This document shows positions 21,800 through 45,205 of a DNA stretch of 64,000 bases, piece by piece. How positions within the stretch are numbered: the first letter of the stretch is position 1; each line of letters begins with the position of its first letter. Source of the stretch: an uncultured bacterium (GTDB lineage Bacteria > Acidobacteriota > Aminicenantia > Aminicenantales > Saccharicenantaceae); NCBI GenBank assembly GCA_963827635.1, contig CAWHBV010000001.1, positions 37,737-101,736 of the forward strand, written 5' to 3'. The notes under the pieces were generated by a model. That model was not told the DNA's origin and searched no databases. It worked only from the letters and a program-made list of their open reading frames with translations. The translations under genes were made by a program, and so were the position numbers.

Positions 21800-22887
21800 G
21801 TCCCGACGCCGCTCGCCCGGGCCGGGGCGAAGGCCGCCGCGAGCAACGTCACCAGCGCCGCCGCGCCGCGGGCCGCGTCGACGGGCGAGACGCCGTGCCA
21901 CAGCATCCCCCGGGCGACGTCGACGGCGTGGAACGAGAGCACGCTGACGAACGACAGGGCCAGGTACGCGGCGAGACCGAGTCCGGCCCACCACAGGGAA
22001 CGGTGCGGGCCCGGTTTTCGGACCTCCCTTATAAAGAGGAGGAAGATCCCCAGGGACGCCGCGGCCACGGCGGCCATGATCGCCTTCTGGAAAGGCTTCC
22101 GGGATTCATAGATGTTCGTCTCTTCGGCCAGCCGGCGGCCCCACGCCGCCACGTGACCGGCGAGACCGCTGAGCTCCAGGACGGCGCCCAGGGCGAGCGC
22201 GGCCGCGAACACGAGCCAGAGCGTCCGTTCGCCTGCCGGCCTTTCCCCGGGAGCCCTCCGGCCGGCCTTGGCCAGGCAGAGCGCCGCCGCGGCGAGGAGG
22301 ATCGCGGCGAGCGCGGGATGGACCCACGCGGCGGGCCGTCCCCGGGGCCGCCTCTCTCCCTGCCTCGCCGCTCTCGCCGCCGCTTCCGCCGCGGTGGGAT
22401 AACGATAGGTTCGCGTCTTGCGGAGAACGAGGTCCGCCGGCGCTGCGCCCGCCCGGGACACGGGCATGTACCTCGTGGTCACGGCCCGCGTCCCGTCCTG
22501 CCATCGGCCCGTCGGGCTGAGATAGACGAGGGCGAAAGCGACGGCGGTCTCTTCGCGTTCCGGGACCGTGAAGACGAACGAGTACGTCCGCCCTCCGACC
22601 GCTTCGCGCGCCGGACCGGAGGAGGCGAGATATCCCCAGCCCCGGCGCTCGGCGTTGGCGCGGTGCAGGGTGCAGTCGATCCAGGCTGCTTCGACGGATC
22701 TCTTGAGGGTGACGCGGATCTCGAGGCGTTGGCCGACGACCGCGACGGCCGGAGCTTCGACGGCGAGCCAGCCGGGCCGGTGCTCGGTGCGGTCGAGCGC
22801 GAGCCACGTCCCGGCGAAGACGGCGAGGAGGGCGGCGATCGCGGCGGCGCGTCCCGGCCAGCCGGTTCTTGGGACGGTCATCCGCAT
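21793..22887 (-). CDS. Hypothetical membrane protein: an N-terminal TM segment, an extracytoplasmic domain and a C-terminal multi-TM region
   Basis: Starts '[31 protein letters not shown]', 20 nt after the purN stop. The C-terminal part is hydrophobic: '...[24 protein letters not shown]...[17 protein letters not shown]...[19 protein letters not shown]'. It lies in frame at the tail of the 1214-aa ORF. Confidence 0.4.
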   Translation of the reverse strand: MRMTVPRTGWPGRAAAIAALLAVFAGTWLALDRTEHRPGWLAVEAPAVAVVGQRLEIRVTLKRSVEAAWIDCTLHRANAERRGWGYLASSGPAREAVGGRTYSFVFTVPEREETAVAFALVYLSPTGRWQDGTRAVTTRYMPVSRAGAAPADLVLRKTRTYRYPTAAEAAARAARQGERRPRGRPAAWVHPALAAILLAAAALCLAKAGRRAPGERPAGERTLWLVFAAALALGAVLELSGLAGHVAAWGRRLAEETNIYESRKPFQKAIMAAVAAASLGIFLLFIREVRKPGPHRSLWWAGLGLAAYLALSFVSVLSFHAVDVARGMLWHGVSPVDAARGAAALVTLLAAAFAPARASGVGTT

Positions 22888-22907
22888 CTCCGGCCCGGCC
22901 GGCCTTC

Positions 22908-23556
22908 TCAGGCCCCGGCTTCGAGGATGAAGACGCGCCGGCCCCGGACCTCGATCCGTCCCTGGAAATAGAGACCGACCGCCTCGGGGTAGATGCGGTG
23001 CTCTTCGACCAGGATGCGCGCCGCAAGGGTGTCCTCGGTGTCGTCCTGAAGCACCGGGACGGCGGCTTGGAGGATGATCGGGCCCATGTCGACCTCGGCG
23101 GCGACGAAGTGGACCGTGCAGCCGGAGAAGCGGACGCCCCAATCGATGGCCTTCTGCTGGACGTGGAGGCCGGGAAACGAGGGCAGGAGGGCCGGGTGGA
23201 TGTTGACGATGCGGTGCCGGTAGGCGTCGCAGAGGCCGGGGGTCACGATCCTCATGTATCCGGCCAGGCAGACGAGGTCGATCCGCCGCCGCTCGATCTC
23301 GGCGGCGATGGCCCGGTCGTAATCCTCGCGCGTGGCGTGGAGCTTGGGATCGAGGAAGAGCGTCTCGAGCCCTTCGTCCCGGGCCTTGAGCGAGGCCGGG
23401 CGCGTCCGCCTTGTTGCTGAGGACGAGGGCGATGTCCGCGTCGATGCGGCCGGCCCGGACCGCCTCGTGGATCGCCGTGAAGTTCGAGCCGCGCCCGGAC
23501 AGCAGGACGGCGATGCGGCCTCTCTTTTTCGGGCTGCGGAAGATGACCTCGTCCAT
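22908..23556 (-). CDS. purN: Phosphoribosylglycinamide formyltransferase, with a frameshift near 23390
   Basis: The N-terminus is '[32 protein letters not shown]'. The C-terminal half is '[42 protein letters not shown]...[24 protein letters not shown]'. Confidence 0.85.
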
Positions 23557-23564
23557 GTTCCTCC

Positions 23565-25772
<2,208 letters not shown>

Positions 25773-25780
<8 letters not shown>

Positions 25781-26513
25781 GGCGGGCCTTCCTGCTCGCG
25801 GCGGGACGGCGCGCGGGCTTCGCGCGCTCGAGGCTGAGGACGATCGAATCGAAGACCGTCCGGCCGTCCTCGCTGCCGAGGATCCGCTCCGAGGCCCGTT
25901 CCGGGTGGGGCATCAGGCCGAGGACGTTCCCGGCCTCGTTGCGGATGCCGGCGATCGAGGCCAGCGAGCCGTTGACGTTGGCCGCCTCCGTCAGCTCGCC
26001 GCCGGCGTCGCAGTAGCGGAAGACGACCTGCTTCCGCCGCTCGATCTCCCTGAGGACGCGCGGCGGGGCGTAGTAGTTGCCGTCGAAGTGGGCGATGGGG
26101 ATGCGCAGGACCTGGCCCTTCCGGCCGGCCCGCGTGAAGTCGGTCCGGTCGTTCTCGATCCGCACGTGGACGTGCTGGCAGAGGAACTTGAGGTTCTTGT
26201 TCCGGAGCATGGCCCCCGGCAGGAGGCCGAGCTCGAGGAGGATCTGGAAGCCGTTGCAGATGCCCAGCACGCGGCCGCCGCGGCGGGCGAAGGCCTTGAC
26301 CTCCTGCATGAGAGGGGAGAAGCGGGCGATGGCGCCGGAGCGGAGGTAGTCGCCGTAGGAGAAGCCGCCGGGCAGGACGACGCAGTCGACGCCCTGGAGG
26401 TCGTGGTCCTTGTGCCAGAGCATGACGGTCGGCCGCTTCATGACGTCGCGGAGGACGTGGAAGGTGTCGAAGTCGCAGTTGGATCCGGGGAATTGGACGA
26501 CGCCGAATTTCAT
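25773..26513 (-). CDS. purQ: Phosphoribosylformylglycinamidine synthase subunit I (glutaminase)
   Basis: '[17 protein letters not shown]', '[12 protein letters not shown]' and the catalytic 'GICNGFQ' match PurQ. The 3' end overlaps the purL start. Confidence 0.88.
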
Positions 26514-26524
26514 CGCCGTGGCCT

Positions 26525-26773
26525 TCAGCGGACCTTGAGGATTTCCCAGTCGAATTTCTCGATGATGGGATTGGCCAGGACCCGGCGGGCGACCTCGGGC
26601 ACCAGGGCCTCGGCCTCCTTCCGGGTCACGCCTTCGAGGTCGAGCTCGAAGACCTTGCCCTGCCGGACGTCCTTCACGGCGTCATAGCCCATGGTGTGGA
26701 GCGCGTTCTTCACGGTCTGACCCTGGGGGTCGAGGACGCTGTCCTTGAACGAGACGAGGATCCTAACTCTCAT
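26525..26773 (-). CDS. purS: Phosphoribosylformylglycinamidine synthase subunit PurS
   Basis: An 82-aa '[30 protein letters not shown]...' is typical of PurS. It sits between purQ and purB. Confidence 0.8.
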   Translation of the reverse strand: MRVRILVSFKDSVLDPQGQTVKNALHTMGYDAVKDVRQGKVFELDLEGVTRKEAEALVPEVARRVLANPIIEKFDWEILKVR

Positions 26774-28064
26774 GGCGGAACACCCTTTCGAAGATGTAAT
26801 CGATCTTGGCCAGATAGGGCTCGAGCGAAAAGCACTTGTCGAGCTCCCCGGGCCGGAGGGTCCGGGCGACGTCGGGGTCGGCCGCGACGAGGGCCCGGAA
26901 ATCGAGGCCTTCCTGCCAGGCCTTGAGGCTGTTGCGCTGGACGATCTGGTAGGCCTCCTCCCGCGTCAGGCCGCTCCGGGTCAGGGCCAGGAGGACGCTC
27001 TGCGAGAAGATGAGGCCGCGGGTCGCGCCGATGTTCTCCTTCATCCGGTCCGGATGGACGACCCAGTTCCCGACGATGTCGGCGGCGTCGGCCAGCAGGA
27101 AGTCGGTCAGGATGAACGAGTCCGGGAAGATGACCCGCTCGGCCGAGGAGTGGGAGATGTCGCGCTCGTGCCACAGGGCGATGTTCTCCAGGCCGACCTG
27201 GGCGTTGGCCCGGACGAGGCGGGCCAGGCCCGAGATCCGCTCGCAGCGGACGGGGTTCTTCTTGTGGGGCATGGACGACGAGCCCTTCTGGCCCCGGGTG
27301 AACGGCTCCTCGAGCTCGAGGACCTCCGTCCGCTGGAGGTGGCGGACCTCGACGGCGAACTTCTCGACCGAGGAGGCGAGCAGGGCCAGGGCCGAGAGGA
27401 CCTCGGCGTGGCGGTCCCGCTGCAGGACCTGCGTCGAGACCTTGGCCGGCCGGAGCTTGAGCTTGCGCAGGGCCATGACCTCGACCTTCGGGTCGAGGTG
27501 GATGTAGGTCCCGACCGAGCCCGAGATGCGGCCGACGGAGATCGTCTTCAGGGCGCTCTCCAGCCGGACGATGTGGCGGCCGATCTCCTCGTACCAGACC
27601 AGGAGCTTGAAGCCGAAGGTCACGGGCTCGGCGTGGATGCCGTGGGTCCGGCCGATGCAGACGGTCTTGCGGTGCCTGAGGGCCTGGCGCTTCAGGAGGC
27701 GGCGGAAGGCCCGGAGGTCGGCGAGGATCCTCTCGAGCGACTCCTTGATGAGCAGGGACAGGGCCGTGTCGACGACGTCGTAGGAGGTCAGGCCGAGGTG
27801 GATGTAGCGCGAATCGGGCCCGACGTTCTCGGCGACCGAGGTCAGAAAGGCGATGATGTCGTGTTTGACGACCTTCTCGATGGCGTCGATGCGCTCGACG
27901 GAGAACCCGGCCTTGGACCGGATGGTCTTGAGGGCGGTCTTGGGGATCTGGCCCAGGGCGGACCAGGCCTCGCAGACGGCCAGCTCGACGTCGAGCCACT
28001 TGCGGTACCTGTTCGCCTCGGTCCAGACGGCCCCCATCTCCGGGCGGGTGTAGCGTTCGATCAT
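26763..28064 (-). CDS. purB: Adenylosuccinate lyase
   Basis: 'MIERYTRPEMGAVW' and the fumarase/ASL signature 'GSSSMPHKKNPVRCE' are present. The 433-aa protein is uninterrupted. Confidence 0.9.
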   Translation of the reverse strand: MIERYTRPEMGAVWTEANRYRKWLDVELAVCEAWSALGQIPKTALKTIRSKAGFSVERIDAIEKVVKHDIIAFLTSVAENVGPDSRYIHLGLTSYDVVDTALSLLIKESLERILADLRAFRRLLKRQALRHRKTVCIGRTHGIHAEPVTFGFKLLVWYEEIGRHIVRLESALKTISVGRISGSVGTYIHLDPKVEVMALRKLKLRPAKVSTQVLQRDRHAEVLSALALLASSVEKFAVEVRHLQRTEVLELEEPFTRGQKGSSSMPHKKNPVRCERISGLARLVRANAQVGLENIALWHERDISHSSAERVIFPDSFILTDFLLADAADIVGNWVVHPDRMKENIGATRGLIFSQSVLLALTRSGLTREEAYQIVQRNSLKAWQEGLDFRALVAADPDVARTLRPGELDKCFSLEPYLAKIDYIFERVFRHES

Positions 28065-28142
28065 GTGCGTTGCGACCTTTCTGGGAGTAAGCGAGATGAT
28101 AACAGCAGGGGAGAGCGGTTGTCAATTTTGAAAAGAAATCCT

Positions 28143-28171
28143 TGACAATATCCCTGTTTTCCTCTAGGATG
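28143..28171 (+). promoter_or_regulatory. Candidate sigma70-type promoter: TTGACA, 17 nt, TAGGAT, in the AT-rich purB/tRNA intergenic region
   Basis: Read directly. It is oriented towards the tRNA-rpmG-secE cluster. A second candidate, TTGACG-n17-AGGTTA at 28285-28313, is closer to tRNA-Thr. Confidence 0.3.
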
Positions 28172-28319
28172 CTCGTGGTCGTTCTGTATATTTCAGATTA
28201 AATCTCTGAAAAAAAGAACACATTCGAGCCCGAGGAGAGAAGGTTTTTCTTTTTTTCATCCCTTTTTTCATAATTTTTCCCCGTTGACGACAGGTTTTCG
28301 CAGGACAGGTTAAGGCGAC

Positions 28320-28392
28320 GCCAGCGTAGCTCAGTCGGTAGAGCGGCTGATTTGTAATCAGCGGGTCAGGGGTTCGAATCCCTTCGCTGGCT
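28320..28392 (+). tRNA. tRNA-Thr (anticodon UGU)
   Basis: The acceptor GCCAGCG/CGCTGGC pairs. The anticodon loop is tt-TGT-aa, and there is a GTTCGAATC T-loop. No CCA is encoded. Confidence 0.85.
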
Positions 28393-28431
28393 TACGGTGG
28401 CGTTCGAGGCGATGACGATGCACCATAATGC

Positions 28432-28514
28432 GGGCAGGTTCCAGAGTGGCCAAATGGGACGGGCTGTAAACCCGTTGCGGAAACGCTTCGGAGGTTCGAA
28501 TCCTTCCCTGCCCA
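28432..28514 (+). tRNA. tRNA-Tyr (anticodon GUA)
   Basis: The acceptor GGGCAGG/CCTGCCC pairs. The anticodon loop is ct-GTA-aa. A long variable arm is typical of tRNA-Tyr, and the layout resembles E. coli tyrT. Confidence 0.85.
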
Positions 28515-28523
28515 TTTTTTCGG

Positions 28524-28598
<75 letters not shown>

Positions 28599-28616
28599 CT
28601 TCCACGAGGTGGACGG

Positions 28617-28689
28617 GCCCAAGTAGCTCAGTTGGTAGAGCACGTCCTTGGTAAGGACGGGGTCACCAGTTCAATTCTGGTCTTGGGCT
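28617..28689 (+). tRNA. tRNA-Thr (anticodon GGU)
   Basis: The acceptor GCCCAAG/CTTGGGC pairs. The anticodon loop is tt-GGT-aa. Confidence 0.85.
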
Positions 28690-28734
28690 TTTACTGGATC
28701 CCGAACGAGGCCCCCGGGGCCGGGAAGGTGAGAC

Positions 28735-28884
28735 ATGCGAGAGATCATCACGCTCCAGTGCGGCGCGTGCAAGCGCCGCAATTACAGCACGACGCGGAAC
28801 AAGAAGAAGCAGACGGAGAAGCTCGAGACGAGCAAGTACTGCCCCTCTTGCCGCAAGCACACGGACCACAAAGAAGTCAAATAG
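28735..28884 (+). CDS. rpmG: 50S ribosomal protein L33 (zinc-ribbon C+ form)
   Basis: '[49 protein letters not shown]'. At 49 aa it is below the ORF-track length cutoff. The classic rpmG-tRNATrp-secE-nusG context is present. Confidence 0.85.
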   Translation: MREIITLQCGACKRRNYSTTRNKKKQTEKLETSKYCPSCRKHTDHKEVK

Positions 28885-28895
28885 CGAGGGTCGAC

Positions 28896-28971
<76 letters not shown>

Positions 28972-29041
28972 TTGCCTGTCGCGGGACGGGCGGTGACGGG
29001 CCCCGGAGGCCCGGCCGCGGAGAACGCAAAGAGGACACGCC

Positions 29042-29254
29042 ATGAACGATAAGATCCGATGGTACCAGCGTTTTTGGAACTTCCTCAAGGACGTCAAGGC
29101 GGAGCTCAAGAAGGTCACCTGGCCGGCCAAGAACGAGGTCGTCAGCACGACCGTCGTCGTCATCGCCGCCACGATCTTCTTCGGGTTCTACCTGTTCTTC
29201 ATGGACGTCATCTTCTCCTGGGCCATCTCCCAGATCAAGACGCTGTTCGGCTAA
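29042..29254 (+). CDS. secE: Preprotein translocase subunit SecE
   Basis: A 70-aa single-TM protein, '...VTWPAKNEVVSTTVVVIAATIFFGFYLFFMD'. It lies upstream of nusG. Confidence 0.8.
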   Translation: MNDKIRWYQRFWNFLKDVKAELKKVTWPAKNEVVSTTVVVIAATIFFGFYLFFMDVIFSWAISQIKTLFG

Positions 29255-29271
29255 GGGCAAGGAACCGCACG

Positions 29272-29802
29272 ATGGCAAAGAACTGGTTCGTCGTTCACAC
29301 CTACTCGGGCTTCGAGAAGTTCGTCGCCGAGTCGATCAAGCAGAAGGCGATCGAGCTGCACCTCGAGGACCAGGTCGGGCAGATCATCATCCCGACCGAG
29401 GACGTCATCGAGATCCGGGCGGGCAAGAAGGTCGTCTCCACGAAGCGGTCCTACCCGGGCTACATCCTCGTCGAGATGGAGATGAACGACGAGAACTGGC
29501 TGATGATCCGGCAGGTCCCGAAGGTCACGGGCTTCGTCGGCTCCGGCCGGACCCCGACCCCGCTCTCCAAGAAAGAGGTCGGCCAGATCGTCGAGCACAT
29601 GGAGACGACCTCGGAGAAGCCCAAGCCCAAGCACTCGTTCGAGAAGGGCGAAGCCGTCCGCATCATCGACGGGCCCTTCTTCAACTTCAACGGGATCGTC
29701 GAAGAGGTCAATCCCGAGCGCAACACGCTCAAGGTCCTGGTCACCATCTTCGGCCGGTCCACGCCCGTCGAGCTCGAGTTCCTGCAGGTCGAAAAGCTTT
29801 AG
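29272..29802 (+). CDS. nusG: Transcription termination/antitermination factor NusG
   Basis: The NGN domain is '[16 protein letters not shown]'. The C-terminal KOW domain is '[24 protein letters not shown]'. Confidence 0.9.
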   Translation: MAKNWFVVHTYSGFEKFVAESIKQKAIELHLEDQVGQIIIPTEDVIEIRAGKKVVSTKRSYPGYILVEMEMNDENWLMIRQVPKVTGFVGSGRTPTPLSKKEVGQIVEHMETTSEKPKPKHSFEKGEAVRIIDGPFFNFNGIVEEVNPERNTLKVLVTIFGRSTPVELEFLQVEKL

Positions 29803-29811
29803 GAGGACGCA

Positions 29812-30243
29812 ATGTCGAAGGAAGTCATCGCCAAGATCAAGCTGGAGATCGTCGCCGGGCAGGCGAGCCCCGCTCCTCCCGTCGGCCCCGCCCTGGGCCA
29901 GCACGGCGTCAACATCATGGGCTTCGTCCGCGAATTCAACGACCGGACGAAGAAGATGGACGAGGGCACCGTCGTCCCCGTCCTCATCACCGTCTTCAAG
30001 GACAAGTCGTTCAACTTCGTCGTCAAGACCCCGCCGGCCTCGTACCTCCTGAAGAAGGCGGCCGGGATCGCCAAGGGCTCCGGGGCGCCGAACAAGGAGA
30101 AGGTCGGCAAGGTCACGATGAAGCAGATCGAGGACATCGCCCGGACGAAGCTCCCCGACCTCAACGCCTACGACCTCGAGGCGGCCAAGAAGATCGTCGC
30201 CGGGACGGCGAAAAACATGGGATTGGAGATCATCAGTGAGTAA
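29812..30243 (+). CDS. rplK: 50S ribosomal protein L11
   Basis: '[29 protein letters not shown]...' is canonical L11. Confidence 0.92.
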   Translation: MSKEVIAKIKLEIVAGQASPAPPVGPALGQHGVNIMGFVREFNDRTKKMDEGTVVPVLITVFKDKSFNFVVKTPPASYLLKKAAGIAKGSGAPNKEKVGKVTMKQIEDIARTKLPDLNAYDLEAAKKIVAGTAKNMGLEIISE

Positions 30244-30934
30244 GCACGGCAAGAACACCGTCAAGGCCCGCGAGGTCAAGGGGACGGAGCTCCGGCAGTA
30301 CTCCCTCGAGGAGGCCGTGGCCCTGCTCAAGAAGGCCCACTTCGCCAAGTTCGACGAATCGGTCGACGTGGACCTCCGCCTGGGCGTCAACCCCAAGTAC
30401 TCCGACCAGATGGTCCGCGGCACGGTCGTCCTGCCCCACGGCACGGGCAAGACCAAGAAGATCTGCGTCATCGCGGCCGGGGAGAAGATCAAGGAGGCCG
30501 AGGAGGCCGGGGCCGACTATTTCGGCGGCGACGACATCATCGAGAAGATCGCCGGCGGCTGGATCGACTTCGACATCGTCATCGCCACGCCCGACGTCAT
30601 GCGCGGCGTCGGCAAGCTCGGACGGATCCTGGGCACCAAGGGCCTCATGCCCAACCCCAAGGCCGGGACGGTCACCTTCGACATCCGCAAGGCCGTCGAG
30701 GAGACCAAGGCCGGCAAGGTCGAGTTCCGGGTCGACAAGACCAGCATCGTCCACTCCACGGTCGGCAAGGTCTCCTTCGACGAGGCCAAGCTCGTGGACA
30801 ACCTGCGGACCTTCCTCCAGGCCGTCATCCACGCCAAGCCGCCGGCCGCCAAGGGCAAGTACATCCGGACGATGTTCGTGTCCTCGACCATGGGGCCGTC
30901 CTTCCGCATCACCGAAGACATCTTAGAGAATTAG
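30236..30934 (+). CDS. rplA: 50S ribosomal protein L1
   Basis: GTG start. The sequence has '[30 protein letters not shown]'. Confidence 0.92.
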   Translation: MSKHGKNTVKAREVKGTELRQYSLEEAVALLKKAHFAKFDESVDVDLRLGVNPKYSDQMVRGTVVLPHGTGKTKKICVIAAGEKIKEAEEAGADYFGGDDIIEKIAGGWIDFDIVIATPDVMRGVGKLGRILGTKGLMPNPKAGTVTFDIRKAVEETKAGKVEFRVDKTSIVHSTVGKVSFDEAKLVDNLRTFLQAVIHAKPPAAKGKYIRTMFVSSTMGPSFRITEDILEN

Positions 30935-30947
30935 AGGAGAGCGCGCC

Positions 30948-31466
30948 GTGAAAAAGGAAGACAAACAGCCCATCATCCAGTCGCTCGAGGGCCTCTTCAC
31001 CTCGAACAGCACCTACTACCTGATCGACTTCAAGAAGATGAAGGTCTCCCAGTCGGTCGAGCTGCGCAAGCTCCTCCGCAAGAACGCCTTCACCTACAAG
31101 GTCATCAAGAACCGGCTGGCCCTGCGGGCCCTCGGCGAGAAGTGCCCGGAGGCCCTCCGGCCGTTCTTCCAGAAGCCGACGGCCATCGCCTTCGCGGACA
31201 AGGACCCCATCCAGCTGGCCAAGATCCTCAAGGACTTCTCCAACCAGGGCAAGATCCTGGCCGTCAAGGGCGGCCAGGTCGAGGGCCAGCTCATGCCGGC
31301 CGCCCGGTTCGAGGAGGTCTGCCGGCTCACGTCCCGCGACGAGCTGGTCGGCCGGCTCGCCTTCATGATGGCCAGCCCGCTCCACAAGCTCATGCGCACC
31401 CTGCAGGCGCCCCTGGGCCACGTCGGGATCCTTCTCGGCGAGCTCAAGAAAACGAAAACCACCTGA
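30948..31466 (+). CDS. rplJ: 50S ribosomal protein L10
   Basis: GTG start. Its position lies between rplA and rplL, with an L10-like 172-aa sequence. Confidence 0.85.
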   Translation: MKKEDKQPIIQSLEGLFTSNSTYYLIDFKKMKVSQSVELRKLLRKNAFTYKVIKNRLALRALGEKCPEALRPFFQKPTAIAFADKDPIQLAKILKDFSNQGKILAVKGGQVEGQLMPAARFEEVCRLTSRDELVGRLAFMMASPLHKLMRTLQAPLGHVGILLGELKKTKTT

Positions 31467-31493
31467 AAACCCATATTTAAGGAGACTCGTGAC

Positions 31494-31877
<384 letters not shown>

Positions 31878-31955
31878 GTGACCCGGTTGGCTGAGCGTCC
31901 GTTCGTCCGGGCCCGGAAACGGGGACACCCGATCTCTGCTTGAAGGTGAGGCGAA

Positions 31956-40398
<8,443 letters not shown>

Positions 40399-40430
40399 GG
40401 GCCGGGGAGACGGGAAAAGCGTCAAAAATC

Positions 40431-40459
40431 TTGACAGAGGAGCCGAATTTTGCTATTAT
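40431..40459 (+). promoter_or_regulatory. Strong sigma70-type promoter TTGACA-n17-TATTAT for the rpsL-rpsG-fusA-tuf (str) operon
   Basis: Read directly: ttgacagaggagccgaattttgctattat. It lies about 80 bp upstream of the rpsL TTG start, which has its own 'gaggag' RBS. Confidence 0.6.
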
Positions 40460-40538
40460 CCGTCCATTCGTCTCGGGCTATCCCCCTGGGGATGAATAAA
40501 ATTTACAATCGGAATTCCAGGTAGAGGAGTATTTTTCA

Positions 40539-40928
40539 TTGCCGACCGTCAACCAACTCGTCCGGAAAGGCCGGATTCCCAAGCACTATAAGAGCAAATC
40601 CCCGGCCCTCGATTCCTGCCCGCAGAAGCGGGGCGTCTGCACCCGCGTGTTCACGACCACGCCCAAGAAGCCGAACTCGGCCATGCGCAAGGTCGCCCGC
40701 GTCAGGCTGACGAACAACATCGAGGTCACGGGATACATCCCCGGCATCGGGCACAACCTCCAGGAGCATTCGATCGTGATGATCCGGGGCGGCCGCATCA
40801 AGGACCTGCCCGGCGTCCGCTATCACATCGTCCGGGGCAAGCTCGACGCCGAAGGGGTGCAGAACCGCTTCAAGGCGCGGTCCCGGTACGGGGCGAAGCG
40901 GCCGAAAGAGAAAAGGGCGGCGGCTTAG
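40539..40928 (+). CDS. rpsL: 30S ribosomal protein S12
   Basis: TTG start. '[11 protein letters not shown]...PKKPNSA(M)[10 protein letters not shown]...GHNLQEHS'. Confidence 0.95.
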   Translation: MPTVNQLVRKGRIPKHYKSKSPALDSCPQKRGVCTRVFTTTPKKPNSAMRKVARVRLTNNIEVTGYIPGIGHNLQEHSIVMIRGGRIKDLPGVRYHIVRGKLDAEGVQNRFKARSRYGAKRPKEKRAAA

Positions 40929-40943
40929 CCAGGAGCATTTCCC

Positions 40944-41414
40944 ATGCCGAGACGCGGAACCATCAAAAAGCGCAAAGCGCCGGTCGACACCCTGTACGGA
41001 AGCACGGTGGTCGCCCGGTTCATCAACCTCTTCCTCCGCAAGGGGAAGAAGACGACCGCCGAAAAGGTCGTCTACGGGACCATGGAGATCCTCAAGGCCA
41101 AGACCAAGGAAGACCCCCTCAAGGTCCTGGAGAAGGCCCTGGAGAACATCCGGCCCTTCCTCGAGACGAAGTCGCGGCGGGTCGGCGGCGCCAACTATCA
41201 GGTGCCCATCGAGGTGTCGCCCGGGCGGTCCTACTCGCTGGGCTTCCGTTGGCTGCTGAAATACGCCAAGGAGCGCGGCGGCAAGAGCATGCCCGAGAAG
41301 CTCTCCGCCGAGATCATCGACGCCATCAACAACCGCGGCGGCGCGGTCAAGAAGCGCGAGGACACGCACAAGATGGCGGAGGCCAACCGGGCCTTCGCGC
41401 ACTACAAGTGGTAG
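40944..41414 (+). CDS. rpsG: 30S ribosomal protein S7
   Basis: 'MPRRG...KRKAPVD...NYQVPIEV...RAFAHYKW'. Confidence 0.95.
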   Translation: MPRRGTIKKRKAPVDTLYGSTVVARFINLFLRKGKKTTAEKVVYGTMEILKAKTKEDPLKVLEKALENIRPFLETKSRRVGGANYQVPIEVSPGRSYSLGFRWLLKYAKERGGKSMPEKLSAEIIDAINNRGGAVKKREDTHKMAEANRAFAHYKW

Positions 41415-41467
41415 TCTCCATGAGAGAGCTCGGTCTGTGATACGGTCCGATATGGAGCGAACGATTT

Positions 41468-43567
41468 ATGCGGTCATACCCGATCGAGAGAGTACGGAAC
41501 ATCGGTATCATGGCCCATATCGACGCCGGGAAGACGACCACGACCGAGCGGATGCTGTTCTATACGGGTATGACCTACAAGATGGGCGACGTGGACGACG
41601 GGACGGCCGTGATGGACTGGATGGTCCAGGAGCAGGAGCGCGGGATCACCATCACCTCGGCCGCGACGACGTGCACGTGGCGTGACCACCGTATCAATAT
41701 CATCGATACGCCGGGTCACGTGGATTTTACCGCGGAGGTCGAGCGCTCCTTACGAGTGCTCGACGGCGCGATAGCCATACTGTGTGGAGTTGGCGGCGTC
41801 GAACCGCAGTCCGAGACAGTGTGGCGCCAGGCCGACAAGTACCGGGTACCGCGGATCGTGTTCATCAACAAGATGGACCGGATCGGGGCGGACCCGGAAC
41901 GGGCAGTCCTCCAGTTGAGGACGCGGGTGGCGGCCAAGCCTCTGCCGATCCAGATTCCCCTGGGTAGGGAAGACGGATTCCGCGGCGTCGTCGACCTCAT
42001 CGAACGCAAGGTCTACGACTGGGGTAGGGACATCCTGGGGACGGAATACGCCGTCCGCGAGGTCGCGGAGGAGGACCGCGAGGAAGTCGACAGGAAACGA
42101 CAGGACATGCTGGAAATGCTGAGCGAACACGACGACGGCCTGATGCAGAAGTACCTCGACGGGGTCGAGGTGCCTTCGGCGGAGCTGCGGAGCGCCGTCC
42201 GCCGGGCGACCCTCGCCCTGGAGGTCGTCCCCGTCCTCTACGGGGCCTCCTTCCGGAACAAGGGCGTCCAGCCGCTCCTCGACGCCGTCGTCGACTTCCT
42301 GCCGTCCCCGGCCGACGTCCTTCCGGTCACCGGCCTCCACCCCCGGACCCAGGCCCCGGAGACCCGGGCCGCCTCGGACGAGGCGCCGTTCTCCGGCCTG
42401 GTCTTCAAGATCGCCAACGACCCCTTCCTCGGCAGCCTGGCCTATTTCCGGGTCTACTCCGGCAAGGCCAAGATCGGGCAGGCCGTCTACAACTCGGCCA
42501 AGGGGGAGGAGGAGAAGCTCTCCCGCCTCCTCGAGATGCACGCCAACAAGAGGAAAGAGATCAAAGAGGTCGGCGCCGGGGACATCGCCGCCATGGGCTC
42601 GATGAAGAACATCTCGACCGGGGACACGCTCTGCCTCAAGAGCCACCCGATCGTCCTCGAGTCCATCCGCTTCCCCGAGCCGGTCATCGCGGCGACGATC
42701 GAGCCCAAGACCAAGGCCGACCACGTCAAGCTGGCCACGACCCTGGCCAAGCTCGTCCGCGAGGACCCCACCATCAAGGTCAGCCAGGACCCGATGACGG
42801 GCCAGACCCTGCTGCGGGGGATGGGGGAGCTCCACCTCGAGATCATCATGGACCGGATGGAGCGCGAGTTCGGCGTCCGGGCCAACCTGGGCAAGCCCCA
42901 GGTCGCCTACAAAGAGACCATCCAGACCGCCGCCGAGGGCGAGGGCAAGTACGTCCGCCAGGCCGGGGGCAAGGGCCTCTACGGCCACTGCGTCCTGCTC
43001 ATCGAGCCCCTCGAGCGCGGCCGCGGCTTCGAGTTCGTCGACGCCACCCGGGGCGGCGTCGTCCCGAGGGAGTTCGTCGGCGACGTCGAGAACGGCGTCC
43101 GCGAGGCCCTCGAGGCCGGCGTCGTGGCCGGCTATCCGGTCACGGACCTCCGGGCCGCCCTCATCGGCGGGTCGACCCACGACGTCGACGCGACGCCCGT
43201 CGCCTACAAGATCGCGGCCTCCCTGGCCTTCCGGGAAGCCGCCAAGAAGGCCGCCCCGGTCCTGCTCGAGCCTCTCATGAAGCTCGAGATCGTCGCCCCG
43301 GACGAGTACCTCGGCGACATCGTCGGGGACATCAACGCCCGGCGGGGGAAGATCGACGGCATGGAGATGCGCAGCGGTTCGCGGGTCGTCGACATCCACG
43401 CCCCGCTGGCCGAGATGTTCGGCTACGCGACGGCGCTCAGGACCCTGACCCAGGGCCGGGGCGTCTTCGCCATGGAATTCTCCAGGTACGAGCGGACGCC
43501 CTCCGGCGTCCAGGCAGAGATCGTCGCCCGGGTCGAGGGACGGACCCCGTTCCGGGCCGACGCCTAG
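41468..43567 (+). CDS. fusA: Elongation factor G
   Basis: '[23 protein letters not shown]' and '[21 protein letters not shown]'. The 699-aa protein is uninterrupted. Confidence 0.95.
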   Translation: MRSYPIERVRNIGIMAHIDAGKTTTTERMLFYTGMTYKMGDVDDGTAVMDWMVQEQERGITITSAATTCTWRDHRINIIDTPGHVDFTAEVERSLRVLDGAIAILCGVGGVEPQSETVWRQADKYRVPRIVFINKMDRIGADPERAVLQLRTRVAAKPLPIQIPLGREDGFRGVVDLIERKVYDWGRDILGTEYAVREVAEEDREEVDRKRQDMLEMLSEHDDGLMQKYLDGVEVPSAELRSAVRRATLALEVVPVLYGASFRNKGVQPLLDAVVDFLPSPADVLPVTGLHPRTQAPETRAASDEAPFSGLVFKIANDPFLGSLAYFRVYSGKAKIGQAVYNSAKGEEEKLSRLLEMHANKRKEIKEVGAGDIAAMGSMKNISTGDTLCLKSHPIVLESIRFPEPVIAATIEPKTKADHVKLATTLAKLVREDPTIKVSQDPMTGQTLLRGMGELHLEIIMDRMEREFGVRANLGKPQVAYKETIQTAAEGEGKYVRQAGGKGLYGHCVLLIEPLERGRGFEFVDATRGGVVPREFVGDVENGVREALEAGVVAGYPVTDLRAALIGGSTHDVDATPVAYKIAASLAFREAAKKAAPVLLEPLMKLEIVAPDEYLGDIVGDINARRGKIDGMEMRSGSRVVDIHAPLAEMFGYATALRTLTQGRGVFAMEFSRYERTPSGVQAEIVARVEGRTPFRADA

Positions 43568-43608
43568 AAGAGTCTTCGAGCAACGAATAGCCATACAGGA
43601 GGTGAGCG

Positions 43609-44812
<1,204 letters not shown>

Positions 44813-44885
44813 CCGCGAGGGACGCCGAGGGTCCGCCGGGCCGCGGGGCCCGGGGAGAGCATTTCGGAGAACAGAGGAACGAACG

Positions 44886-45203
44886 ATGGAAAAAATCAGA
44901 ATCCGCTTACAGTCCTTCGACCACCGCCTGCTGGACCAGTCCGTCAAGGACATCGTCGTGAAGGCGAAACGCACCGGCGCCAGCGTCGCCGGCCCCATCC
45001 CCCTGCCGACGCGCATCCACAAGTTCTGCGTCCTCCGTTCCCCGCACGTCGACAAGAAGTCGCGCGAGCACTTCGAAATGCGGATCCACAAGCGGCTCAT
45101 CGACATCAGCGAATACAACAACGAGACGATCGAGGAGCTGCAGAAGCTCGACCTGCCGGCCGGCATCGACGTCGAGATCCAGGCCTACGGGACGGGAGAG
45201 TGA
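44886..45203 (+). CDS. rpsJ: 30S ribosomal protein S10
   Basis: '[19 protein letters not shown]...HKRLIDI'. Confidence 0.95.
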   Translation: MEKIRIRLQSFDHRLLDQSVKDIVVKAKRTGASVAGPIPLPTRIHKFCVLRSPHVDKKSREHFEMRIHKRLIDISEYNNETIEELQKLDLPAGIDVEIQAYGTGE

Positions 45204-45205
45204 CC

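Noticed and set aside
28140-28320. An AT-rich 180-bp stretch before the tRNA array as a possible small ncRNA or riboswitch.
   Set aside because: It is best explained as divergent promoter space for purB (minus) and the tRNA/rpmG cluster (plus). It contains TTGACA-n17-TAGGAT and a mirrored TTGACA on the other strand, and has no conserved riboswitch-like structure that I could recognise by eye.
44813-44885. A GC-rich palindrome CCGGGCC-gcgg-GGCCCGG after tuf as an intrinsic terminator.
   Set aside because: There is no downstream U-tract, and rpsJ follows with its own RBS. More likely it is an RNA-processing or attenuating stem, or it is fortuitous.
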